A stretch of 64,000 nucleotides of DNA, taken from positions 12,025-76,024 of the IMG/VR virus record IMGVR_UViG_3300027659_000027; one strand, written 5' to 3'. Source of the stretch: a virus. Shown piece after piece: positions 50,197 through 58,864 of the stretch (position 1 is the stretch's first letter; every line of letters begins with the position of its first letter). Under the pieces are notes generated by a model. The model was not told where the DNA came from and did not search any database. It saw only the letters and a list, made by a program, of their open reading frames with translations. Made by a program: the position numbers and the translations under genes.

Positions 50197-50248
50197 AGGG
50201 TTTTAGGTTTTAGGTTATCGGATTCATGTTGGCGTTTAACCGCTACAC

Positions 50249-51418
50249 TTATATATCACTCAAAGGTACGTACCCAGTTGCTGGTTTAGCGCCAGAACCC
50301 GCTTTGGGAGCCGCCCCTAAGGCCTTGTTTACCCTCAGTTTCAGACCCTGTACAGCTTTCGTCCCTGCTCTCTTTTCCACTAAGGAGGCCAGATCACCTT
50401 TTATATACTTAAAGTACAAAGCTTCCAGTACATTTTTGGAATCATCACCTATTTCCAGTACTGAATAGAACTTGCCACCTTCATGACGAAGTGAGTTGTT
50501 TACAAACTCTTTGAACCCTGCTTTCCTGGCATCGGGTACAATGAACTTAAGGCCACCTTCATCTACTGCTTTACTCAAAGATGTGGTTACAACTGCACAC
50601 ATATTATTGAACTCTTCTAAGTCGGCAGCAGAATCTGCTTCCATATCAGCAAGCTGCTGTTCCTGTGATGTACGTATGCTGTTGTAAGCACCATCAGCTT
50701 TAGCCTTCAGGGTGTTCTCTTTGATGGCCTTGGCGAGCATAGCATCAGCTACATCCTCATCCACACCTTTAGTGGTAAGTGAATTCTTGTACACTTGAGA
50801 CTGCAGCTCTACGCTGGCCTCAAATGCTGCCTGGTCAGGAAGGGATAATGTCTTGGCTTCAAAGAAAGATACGTCATCACCACCGGCCTGACGGTGAAGC
50901 ATGTATGCATACCCGCGTGGGTCTTGTGCTTTTAGGTGCTCTACCCACTTGTTCACTTCATCCATCCGTATAACCGCATCACGAAGGGCTACACCTTCCG
51001 GGCTTATCGGGTCAACGTCTGCAGGGTATTCTACATTTACTGACTCCCCTGTAAGGGCATCAACTGCAGCAAAGAATGCATCAGGAGATGCTGCTTCAGC
51101 TGCTGCTTCATCTTCAGCTATCTGCTCTGGCGTTCTTGTGTCCGGTTCATCGTCCTCTGCAGCAGCAGCTGCTACCTCTGCTGCAAGTTGATCAGCTGCA
51201 AGCTTGTCTTCAGCTTCCTGAGCTGCAAGTTGTGTAGCCGCTTCGAGGTCACCAGGCTTAGGCTCTCCATTTCCTGGTACAATTGGTGGTGGTACTATCA
51301 CCACGGGTGCAGGAATATTCGGAGCATCGGGGTTAAACAGCTCCTCCAGTGTTGGTGGTAAGGCTGCCGGTGTATCTACTGGTGCTGGGTCTCTGTACAA
51401 AATAGTTGTGATCTTCAT
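50249..51418 (-). CDS. Putative scaffolding protein
   Basis: Acidic, Pro/Ala-rich N-terminus with helical C-terminus, between portal and MCP. Confidence 0.65.
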   Translation of the reverse strand: MKITTILYRDPAPVDTPAALPPTLEELFNPDAPNIPAPVVIVPPPIVPGNGEPKPGDLEAATQLAAQEAEDKLAADQLAAEVAAAAAEDDEPDTRTPEQIAEDEAAAEAASPDAFFAAVDALTGESVNVEYPADVDPISPEGVALRDAVIRMDEVNKWVEHLKAQDPRGYAYMLHRQAGGDDVSFFEAKTLSLPDQAAFEASVELQSQVYKNSLTTKGVDEDVADAMLAKAIKENTLKAKADGAYNSIRTSQEQQLADMEADSAADLEEFNNMCAVVTTSLSKAVDEGGLKFIVPDARKAGFKEFVNNSLRHEGGKFYSVLEIGDDSKNVLEALYFKYIKGDLASLVEKRAGTKAVQGLKLRVNKALGAAPKAGSGAKPATGYVPLSDI

Positions 51419-51427
51419 ATAAAGGGT

Positions 51428-53836
51428 TTAGGGTTTACTTGGTTTGGGTCTCGCCGCTCTCTTGGCTGCGATAGTCTTGGTGATGTTATCTCTGCGGCTC
51501 TGTACCTCTTTGAGGTCTATCTCTTTGTTCTTAAGTGCGGTCTTGTTGGCGTCAGCAGTTGCTGCTTGTAACCTGTTGGCATTCGCCTGTTGGGTACCTG
51601 CCTCGAACTTATCCCGATCGAGTCTGTGCTTCTCCACTTCCATGATGTCCGGTACTCCGTTGGCGTTGCTGTCCCCATCTTTGAATGTCAGGGTATTGAA
51701 CTCTCCTTTTATCATCTCAAGATCTTCTTTACGGTCATACTCTTTTTCCATGGACTCATCCTTAAGCAGGGTATTGAACTTAGCAAAACGCTCAGCACGC
51801 TCATCTGCAGCTTTAGCTGCTTCCTCAGCGTTGGCAGCTGTACGCTCATCAACCTGGGCCTGGATAGCTTCAATCTCTTTCAGCTTGGTTTCCATCTCAG
51901 CGATACTGTTACCTTTGATGATAGCGGCAATGGTGGACGGCTTAACCTGGTTCTGCAGCATGGCAGTGATAGTGCCCTCCATCTTATTCTTGGATGTGAT
52001 AGCCTCGGAGGATGACTCCATGAATATGCCCAGCTCTGCATTACAGTAAGTGTTAGGGTCAATGTTCATCACCTCGTTCCCGTATACGTCATCATTGTAC
52101 ATAGCCTTTACACCATTGACGTTGACGAACTTGGAGAAGTCTATGATACCCTGCATTTCTTTCTCGGTGAATTCCTCGAACAAGTTGAAGATCATGTCAG
52201 TGATAACCGTGCTCTGAAAGGTGGCCCTCTCAGTAACCCCTACCGCATCTGAGGCGTAGGTCTGTCCCTTCCGCTGCCGGTTAACGCCAATAACGTCATC
52301 CCACTCTTGTTTGTAGTGATTTTGCAAGTCTATCAATTGCTTGATGTTGTCGAACAGGCTCATGTCAAGTACTGAGTACTGGTTCCAGCTCTTGTCCACT
52401 CCTATCTGGTTACGGTTTAGTAATCCATAGCCCAGGGCCTCGGCGTAGTAGAAGAACTTCTCTTCATCCCAATCACCGTCTTTAGGAATAGCAGACTGGT
52501 CTATGAGTAGTATCTTACCTTTTGACTTGGCGATGGTCAGCTCAAGTGTGCGGGTAACTATGATGTACATGATCTGAAAGGGTATCCCTATCTCCAGTAC
52601 TGATATGTTGTCTGCGTGTGTGTTTGAGTACATCCGGCTGTTATACGGCATCTTGCAGGCAGAGAAGTTGTTCATCTCATTTCGCTGTACCTCGATAGGC
52701 TGCATGCGGAAGTACTTGTCAGCTCCTACTCTCCAGGTCTCATAGATCTCGTTTGGCCACATAACCTCTGTCCACTCTCCCATTGTCTTATCAACTGGGT
52801 AGTCTTCATCCACTTCTATCTCTTCCTCCTCTCCGGTGTCGACGTCAGGTCTGTGCAGGATAACCAGCTTCTTGCGTGCTTTCCACACTACATGCCATAC
52901 ATCTATATACCCACCGGCATCACCGCTAAGCGATGCAGTCAGGTTAGAGTACAAGGAACCACGGTTGCGATAGGCAGCGTTGGTCTCCATGTCCAGAATC
53001 TCTTCTTTGGTCAGCTCTTCGTAAAACCTGTCCACTACATCCGACACCAGCATTGGCCGGCGACAAATCTGCCATTCAGCGTCCTCTCCGAAGTCCATGT
53101 CCGGGCTCTTTCCACATGCATAGTTCTTCGGGGAAATGTGCTCATAGCAGAAGGTGCCGTGCTCCATACCTTTGTAGGATACCACCTCACCAACGATCAG
53201 CCAGTCCTTGAACATCTTCAGGAACTTGCGACGTACATCGTACTCACGAAGTCCACGCCTCAACCATTTCTGACACTGTATCGCAATAGCATCTTTGTAG
53301 GTAGCGTGGAATTGCTTTTGTATCTGTTCGGGTAAAGGAGCAGGTTTCGGTTCACCACCGTTCGCTTCCAGCTCGGCAGCAGCGGTGGCTGGGTCCATGT
53401 GTGCTGCCATTTCCTGCTCAAAGAAACCTTGTACAGCTGAGTGTATCTTGTCATTGAGTGCGTTTGTGTAGTTGTTGTAGCCACCCTCCCCGAGGTTGTT
53501 TACCGTGTACAGGAATGGCCGCCTTGGGTATTCTGCCATCAGCAGATCCAGGCTTGTACGTAATATGGTCACCGGGCGTATCTTGGCCGGAAAGGACTTG
53601 TGTTGAGACTTCTTCGCTGACAGCGGGTCAGTTACATGGTCAAACCACTTCAGTGGGAATTTGTTATTGTATACTCCGTAAAGCATATCGTAGTCTGGTC
53701 TTGAGCCGTTGCTCTCGTCAAAGCCGGAACCTCCAATGTAGTAATTGGCGTTGTCTTTGAACCATTGCTTTTTCTTAGCTATCTTTTCACCCCAGCTTAG
53801 GGTCTGTAGTGGTTTGCTGCTTATGTTAGTTTCCAT
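51428..53836 (-). CDS. Portal protein
   Basis: 802 aa with 'GVNRQRKGQ...VG.TE' and 'KSKGK' motifs; downstream of TerL. Confidence 0.9.
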   Translation of the reverse strand: METNISSKPLQTLSWGEKIAKKKQWFKDNANYYIGGSGFDESNGSRPDYDMLYGVYNNKFPLKWFDHVTDPLSAKKSQHKSFPAKIRPVTILRTSLDLLMAEYPRRPFLYTVNNLGEGGYNNYTNALNDKIHSAVQGFFEQEMAAHMDPATAAAELEANGGEPKPAPLPEQIQKQFHATYKDAIAIQCQKWLRRGLREYDVRRKFLKMFKDWLIVGEVVSYKGMEHGTFCYEHISPKNYACGKSPDMDFGEDAEWQICRRPMLVSDVVDRFYEELTKEEILDMETNAAYRNRGSLYSNLTASLSGDAGGYIDVWHVVWKARKKLVILHRPDVDTGEEEEIEVDEDYPVDKTMGEWTEVMWPNEIYETWRVGADKYFRMQPIEVQRNEMNNFSACKMPYNSRMYSNTHADNISVLEIGIPFQIMYIIVTRTLELTIAKSKGKILLIDQSAIPKDGDWDEEKFFYYAEALGYGLLNRNQIGVDKSWNQYSVLDMSLFDNIKQLIDLQNHYKQEWDDVIGVNRQRKGQTYASDAVGVTERATFQSTVITDMIFNLFEEFTEKEMQGIIDFSKFVNVNGVKAMYNDDVYGNEVMNIDPNTYCNAELGIFMESSSEAITSKNKMEGTITAMLQNQVKPSTIAAIIKGNSIAEMETKLKEIEAIQAQVDERTAANAEEAAKAADERAERFAKFNTLLKDESMEKEYDRKEDLEMIKGEFNTLTFKDGDSNANGVPDIMEVEKHRLDRDKFEAGTQQANANRLQAATADANKTALKNKEIDLKEVQSRRDNITKTIAAKRAARPKPSKP

Positions 53837-53910
53837 AGTGTTTTATAGGTATTACGTTGGATTCAAAGGTCGAGCTTCCAAGGCGGCATCTAAGTGCTAC
53901 CGTTATGGTT

Positions 53911-54072
53911 TCATACTATGGAGTTACCGTCCTTTTTCTTAGCCTCTCTTCTGGGCTTCTGGGGCTTACGATCAGACAGATTGGATACTAACCCGAAGGT
54001 CTCTTCGTTCTCGCGCTCTGCACGGAGCATGGCTTCCAGTTTGTGGTCGATCTTCTTCTTAGGTTGTTTCAT
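53911..54072 (-). CDS. Small basic hypothetical protein (53 aa; absent from the ORF track)
   Basis: Hand translation MKQPKKKIDHKLEAMLRAERENEETFGLVSNLSDRKPQKPRREAKKKDGNSIV*, starting 2 nt after the TerL stop. Confidence 0.6.
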   Translation of the reverse strand: MKQPKKKIDHKLEAMLRAERENEETFGLVSNLSDRKPQKPRREAKKKDGNSIV

Positions 54073-54074
54073 GG

Positions 54075-56189
54075 CTAATAGCTTGAGGTTGTACCGGAAG
54101 ACTCAGCGCCTGCTCCACCGAATAGCGTACGGCCATCGTTGAACAGGTTCTTGCCTTCCCGGCGTGTTGTGATATTTCGGATTACGTTGTTTTTGAGTGT
54201 GTACATGCCCACGATCATAGCAGATACCCGGTCAGCGTTACCTGAGCCGAACTTCCTCATTTCCCTGAGCAGGCCGAGGTCGTATATCTTGTGGATGTTC
54301 AGTATCTGTCCGCCCTTCTCTGTTACTCCTCTTGGCTCCATGTGCCAGTCTTCCATGTAGGTGATACCACCTGCCTTACGGTCAGTGGTCATGTTCATCA
54401 GGTACGATCGGTTCTTGGCAGCTGCAGACTGAGAGGTCTCTTTGTGGTGTAGCATCTCCGGCTCGAAGTCGATTTTGTGCAGGTACTTGTTAATCTTGGC
54501 CCAGTCAACCACGCCCTGGCCACCACCGGCTATCTCACCTTGTACATTACAATTGTAGTAGTCGGACAACATGAACAGGTTCTCGTAGCACCTGGCAAGC
54601 TTGGTTGGTCTTCCCACAAACGATGCTACCGGTAACCCGGCAAAGGATGGGTCAATGTTATTGTCGAGCTTAAGTACATAGATGGCGAACAGTGAAGTCT
54701 TGTCGTCGGCCTCTTCCTTATAGTACGGGTCAAACACAATTTGATAGATACCTTGTGGTACCTTCCCACCTATGTCCAGGTACGGTCTCTCGAATATGGT
54801 GATACATCCGGATAGGTCAGCTGAGTTCTTATGCGGGTAATCCAGTATAGGTTTGGCGTCCTCCTGCTTCTGTAACAAGAACTCTACACCACCCAATGAA
54901 TCTACACTTTCGGAGTTCCTCACCATCTGCCCGTACCTGATCATTGACTGTATGGCTTTGTTGGTAAGTACCCGACGAATTTGTGCATCAATCTCTGCTA
55001 TGTTGAATGTGGTATTGGTTAGCCTCTGCAGGGCCTCAGAAGGGTTTCTGGGATACTCCGCCTTTCTGGCATCCAATGACTTCGGATCTTTTGAGGCCTT
55101 CTTCTTAGCCCGCTCAGCATCGTCTGATGCAATCGCAGTTATGGAGTCGACGTTACCATCCTTATCAATGTGTGCGTTGTTGGCTCTGAAGCACGGTACA
55201 AAGTAACCGCACTCGGTTCCCTGAGCACCACTCTCCCAGATGTTGGGAAACTTCAGCATGTCCCAGGCTTCCGGGTTGTTGAATATGTCATCCAGCCCTT
55301 CTATGGATGGGCCTTCCTCACCACCGGTACCAAACACTGATGCCTGGCCTACATAGAAGTCACCATCTTTTAGTGAGCCCAGTGAGATCTCGAGCGCTTT
55401 CTTGAGGTTGGGGAATGAACCCGCTTCCTCAAAGGTGATCTTCTTACCACGCTTACCCCTTGTCTTGTTAGGGTTGTCCACGGTAACTCCCATCACCTCA
55501 CTCATTTTACCACGCTCTTCACCGAACTCATCGAGGTAGGACGCCCGGTTATGCATGAGGGTGTTCTTCTTCTGGCGATTCTGCTTCCATCTGGGGATGT
55601 ACTGGTTGATGTGATCCATCATAGGCTGTACCTTATTCAGGATACCATCCTTTGTCAGGAACTCCTCCATAGCAGCGAAGTAGTAGGACTTGGAGCCGGG
55701 TATGAAGTTGTAGTTGTAGACTCCGTCCCACGCTTCCTTGTACGAGAAACCAGCACCACGAGTCTTGAGGCAGCAGATGTGCCTGCCACCTGGTGACTTA
55801 ATACCCATGAACTCTCCGCCATTCCACGCAATGTGCTTGAACCGGAACCACTCATAGTCGATCTCCCAGAACCTCGGGAAGTCCATGATCTTGTCAGCTG
55901 TACGCTTACCCACCTTACCACTTACACCTCTGGCCTCTTCGTACGCAGCCAGAGCAATAGCATCTGGTACTTTATAGATTGGCGCAAAGTTCAGATAGCC
56001 GTAGTACCGGCCAGGTATCCACAGGTCACCGCACTTGAAGCCATCACGGCACCGGGTTTCCTGCATCGTCCAATACTCTACGTACTCACGGCTACCTCTT
56101 GGCGCCTTGGTGTAGGTACCGCCATTGCGACGGAAGTCGTTAGCCGCTTCGGAGAATTGATGTGTGTTTACCAGGTTGTGGAATCCCAT
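54075..56189 (-). CDS. terL: Terminase large subunit
   Basis: Walker A-like 'LKTRGAGFSYK', Walker B 'ITFEEAG', 'GTGG' coupling motif and RNase H acidic residues ('VFDPY', 'ADRVSA'). Confidence 0.93.
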   Translation of the reverse strand: MGFHNLVNTHQFSEAANDFRRNGGTYTKAPRGSREYVEYWTMQETRCRDGFKCGDLWIPGRYYGYLNFAPIYKVPDAIALAAYEEARGVSGKVGKRTADKIMDFPRFWEIDYEWFRFKHIAWNGGEFMGIKSPGGRHICCLKTRGAGFSYKEAWDGVYNYNFIPGSKSYYFAAMEEFLTKDGILNKVQPMMDHINQYIPRWKQNRQKKNTLMHNRASYLDEFGEERGKMSEVMGVTVDNPNKTRGKRGKKITFEEAGSFPNLKKALEISLGSLKDGDFYVGQASVFGTGGEEGPSIEGLDDIFNNPEAWDMLKFPNIWESGAQGTECGYFVPCFRANNAHIDKDGNVDSITAIASDDAERAKKKASKDPKSLDARKAEYPRNPSEALQRLTNTTFNIAEIDAQIRRVLTNKAIQSMIRYGQMVRNSESVDSLGGVEFLLQKQEDAKPILDYPHKNSADLSGCITIFERPYLDIGGKVPQGIYQIVFDPYYKEEADDKTSLFAIYVLKLDNNIDPSFAGLPVASFVGRPTKLARCYENLFMLSDYYNCNVQGEIAGGGQGVVDWAKINKYLHKIDFEPEMLHHKETSQSAAAKNRSYLMNMTTDRKAGGITYMEDWHMEPRGVTEKGGQILNIHKIYDLGLLREMRKFGSGNADRVSAMIVGMYTLKNNVIRNITTRREGKNLFNDGRTLFGGAGAESSGTTSSY

Positions 56190-56377
56190 TAGAATATTGT
56201 TTTCTCGGTGGATAGTTCAAATGCGTAGTGCGTAGATGTGATGGTGGAGGCTATCAACACGTACATTACCTCGGCAATGGTTACGTGTAGAGCGTGTACA
56301 ATACGAGGCAGCTGGTCTATGTCGGTCTTTAGGTACACAGTGTCACCGAAGTCATGCTCGTTGTCTACTAACATCAC
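56189..56377 (-). CDS. Small hypothetical protein (SH3-like)
   Basis: 'HDFGDTVYLKTD.DQ.PR'; overlaps both neighbours in coupling fashion. Confidence 0.65.
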   Translation of the reverse strand: MMLVDNEHDFGDTVYLKTDIDQLPRIVHALHVTIAEVMYVLIASTITSTHYAFELSTEKTIF

Positions 56378-57066
56378 AGTTCCTCGGTAACCTCCGCTCC
56401 GGTGTCTAAGTTCATCCAGTTAACGCCACTCCCCTCAGGAGCACCACCTTCTACGAAGGCTGCTTCAGTACCACCGGTGTTCGATGTATCTTCCAACTCA
56501 CCGTCACCTTTAGTAGCAGTACCACGGATACCACCGGACTTGGTGAGCTCGGCCATTACACGCTTCTCGAATGCGTTGATGTTATCGTACATCTTGTTCA
56601 ACATAACCACGTTGTTCCCATAATCTTTAGCCGAGTGAAGTAGCTTACCCTGTTTGTCCACCGCTTTGAAGTCGATGTCCTCGAAGTAAGAGTTCAACTC
56701 TGCCAAACCTACGTAAACTGACTCGAGTGTACGAAGGGAGCGGGCGGCTTCCCACTGCAGCTTCTTGTACAAAGCAAGAGCAGCTACCATGTACGGTTGC
56801 TTGACGTCGTCCTTGTCAAGGCCAGTATACCTCATAGCCTCTTCTTGTTTTGGGCCTGGATCCCATGCGTAGATGGGCGACTTGAAATCTACCAGGAAGT
56901 AGATGTACGCAAACCTGCTACGTGCCCACAGCTTGCGCTGGCCACCTTTGTCACCGGTAGAGCCCTTGTCCCTTTTGAGGATGTCGGAGAACTCGGGTAT
57001 CAGGTACAGCCAGGCACGGTTGAGCTTGACGGTGTAGTCGTTGTCATCTATCTCGAAGAGTTCCAT
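56374..57066 (-). CDS. Conserved crAss-like protein upstream of TerL (possible small terminase)
   Basis: 'LIPEF..IL.RDK', 'AYIYFLVDFKSP' and 'IRG' motifs; TerS role is inferred from position only. Confidence 0.55.
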   Translation of the reverse strand: MELFEIDDNDYTVKLNRAWLYLIPEFSDILKRDKGSTGDKGGQRKLWARSRFAYIYFLVDFKSPIYAWDPGPKQEEAMRYTGLDKDDVKQPYMVAALALYKKLQWEAARSLRTLESVYVGLAELNSYFEDIDFKAVDKQGKLLHSAKDYGNNVVMLNKMYDNINAFEKRVMAELTKSGGIRGTATKGDGELEDTSNTGGTEAAFVEGGAPEGSGVNWMNLDTGAEVTEEL

Positions 57067-57500
57067 TAGGTTGATCGTTTAAAGTAGTTCATCCCCTTAC
57101 CCGCATACTTGTAGCATGGGTCGTAGATGTTGAACCCCATCCGGATAAGGTTGTTGGAGGATATTGGGTTGTCGACAGTTGTGTATGTGATTACCACAGT
57201 ACAGTCCTTCTGGTCAGCAGCTTTTACTCTGGTGGCTATCATACGCCTTTGAAGTCCCTTACCACGGTAGGGTTTGTACACCCAGGCCCGGTTCATCATG
57301 CATACTCCTTCTGAGTACCAGCTGCCACAATAGGCTACTATAATGTCGTTGTCCACTATGACCCACCAGTCCCTGTTCTTTCTGAACTCACCTTCACAAC
57401 CATAGAACATATTAGAGTCAAGTACTTGCAGCCGCCTGTATAGGTCGGGCGCCAGCACTTCACCACAGCTGAAGATCTTACGGAGTCGTAGGTTGCTCAT
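57066..57500 (-). CDS. GNAT-family acetyltransferase
   Basis: 'RAWVYKPYRGKGLQRRMI' acetyl-CoA motif A and 'N..S.NNL...GF'. Start set at ATG 57500, overlapping the HU stop (ATGA). Confidence 0.85.
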   Translation of the reverse strand: MSNLRLRKIFSCGEVLAPDLYRRLQVLDSNMFYGCEGEFRKNRDWWVIVDNDIIVAYCGSWYSEGVCMMNRAWVYKPYRGKGLQRRMIATRVKAADQKDCTVVITYTTVDNPISSNNLIRMGFNIYDPCYKYAGKGMNYFKRST

Positions 57501-57778
57501 AGGACTTTGGGTTTGATATGAGTTGGTAGATGTGGAAGTGTCTTCCTGTGGTTGATCCACTGTGCCCTCTTTACCTTGACACGGATCTTACCGAAGTACG
57601 GAATCATGACGCCGTCGAAAGCGCCCTCTTCCATCGTAGACTTGATGAACTTGCTCAGGATGTCTACACACTCCTCCACCTGCTTTGGGGATGTGTCACA
57701 CTTGTATGCGACTAATTTGTACAGCCGCTCGTTGGCAACTGTAACTTGCTTGATGGAGGTTTTACTACCAACTGACAT
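57497..57778 (-). CDS. HU/IHF-like DNA-binding protein
   Basis: 'VA......KQVEE......FIKSTMEEG...VMIPYFGKIRVK' HU fold pattern. Confidence 0.8.
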   Translation of the reverse strand: MSVGSKTSIKQVTVANERLYKLVAYKCDTSPKQVEECVDILSKFIKSTMEEGAFDGVMIPYFGKIRVKVKRAQWINHRKTLPHLPTHIKPKVL

Positions 57779-57790
57779 AGGATTATTGGA

Positions 57791-58258
57791 TTAGGGTTTA
57801 GGATTCATCTTAAAGCGTATGGTTAACATCGCTCCGTGTTTTCTTAGGTATCGCTCACGTTCTGCGGTGGAGCCCTTCCAAACGAGGTAAGGATTCACCT
57901 GGTATTCCCCGCGGCACACGTAAGCGATCATGCCGCTGGAGGTAAGTTGTGTAAGTGCGTTGCTGATAGCTTGGTTCCCCACCTTCAGCGACGTGCAGAG
58001 TTCTTTACGCCTGCTGGTACTTAAGAAACAGCTGTTCGACTTCCAGTCCACCCACGCTGCCATCTGTGCCAATAGCCTCATGCAGGTCATACTGGTTATG
58101 TTGTGCAGCAGGGACAGAGACTGCACGTACATCATGAAGAACTCGTCGGTTGTGGTCTTGATGGTAAACTCCTTAGAGGTAGTCACCATCTCGCCAGTGG
58201 CGGTATCAACTACCGTCTCCGTGTTCTTTACCCGTACTTTCTTCTCTATCAGACTCAT
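57791..58258 (-). CDS. RepL-like winged-helix protein
   Basis: 'DTATGE', 'EFFMMY' and 'ISNALTQL...G.I....RGEYQVNPYLVWKG', typical of RepL/replication-maintenance wHTH proteins. Confidence 0.75.
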   Translation of the reverse strand: MSLIEKKVRVKNTETVVDTATGEMVTTSKEFTIKTTTDEFFMMYVQSLSLLHNITSMTCMRLLAQMAAWVDWKSNSCFLSTSRRKELCTSLKVGNQAISNALTQLTSSGMIAYVCRGEYQVNPYLVWKGSTAERERYLRKHGAMLTIRFKMNPKP

Positions 58259-58503
58259 TGAGTTACAAGGGTTAGGGTAATGAGTCTGGTTACTGAGCTC
58301 CTTCTGTACTCTATAGAGTCCGATGCTGTTAGCTTCTTCTCATCCGGAATACTATCTATCAACCTCTGCGTGTTATCTATATGTACTTGCTGCTCAGGCA
58401 GTGTAAGGGTAGCCCACCCTCTGAAGTTCTTCCCCTCGAGTTGTGTGTTCCCTATTAACCTGTCGGTCTCGTAGCAGATCTTGGCTATTGTTGCTGTGTC
58501 CAT
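58255..58503 (-). CDS. Small hypothetical protein, first gene of the leftward block
   Basis: 82 aa with an ATGA overlap onto RepL. 'IAKICYE..R......W..L' is reminiscent of phage RyR-domain proteins (weak). Confidence 0.6.
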   Translation of the reverse strand: MDTATIAKICYETDRLIGNTQLEGKNFRGWATLTLPEQQVHIDNTQRLIDSIPDEKKLTASDSIEYRRSSVTRLITLTLVTQ

Positions 58504-58508
58504 GAAGG

Positions 58509-58516
58509 CAAAACTA
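58509..58516 (-). promoter_or_regulatory. Bacteroidota -7 element (TAGTTTTG)
   Basis: Exact TAnnTTTG match 5 nt upstream of ATG 58503. Confidence 0.6.
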
Positions 58517-58556
58517 CACGAGCCCGGTGTAGTTCGTACACGGCCAGATGTAGTGA

Positions 58557-58617
58557 CATACTCCCACCGTGTACTTTCATACCGTGTCCGTGTACTTTCA
58601 TACTCTGTGGGAGTATG
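58557..58617. repeat. Two 16-bp direct repeats inside an 11-bp inverted repeat
   Basis: CCGTGTACTTTCATAC at 58567-58582 and 58588-58603; CATACTCCCAC (58557-67) and GTGGGAGTATG (58607-17). Confidence 0.9.
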
Positions 58618-58739
58618 ACCGAAATGAGCAAACCCTTACTGGTGGCTCATCGGGCCCAAGGCCCCCTTCTTATCATTTCCTATGGGTAAAGAACACCCCT
58701 GTGGACATGTCGGGTACGCGTAGTTGTACACACCCCACC

Positions 58740-58864
58740 TACATGTAAAGGAAAGTGCAACTTCCTGTACACGATGCCAGGTACATGTAAAGGAAACAGC
58801 AGAACCGGGTACCTGTAGAAAAGGCCCCACCCCTCCCGAGATCTGAGAAAGTACCCCACCCCTC
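58740..58864. repeat. Direct repeat pairs TACATGTAAAGGAAA x2 and CCCCACCCCTC x2
   Basis: 58740-58754 and 58782-58796; 58825-58835 and 58854-58864. Confidence 0.85.

Noticed and set aside
48676-56189. Introns or inteins in TerL, portal or MCP
   Set aside because: The ORFs are continuous and of ordinary length, with no intein termini or homing endonuclease motifs seen.
3820-58474. Numerous + strand ORFs within the late block (e.g. 5919-6824, 25907-26539, 51444-52049)
   Set aside because: These are antisense shadows of long - strand genes, with Ser/Leu-rich translations and no motifs.
58557-58864. CRISPR mini-array
   Set aside because: Repeats are 11-16 bp in pairs, without unique spacers of regular length, and there are no cas genes.
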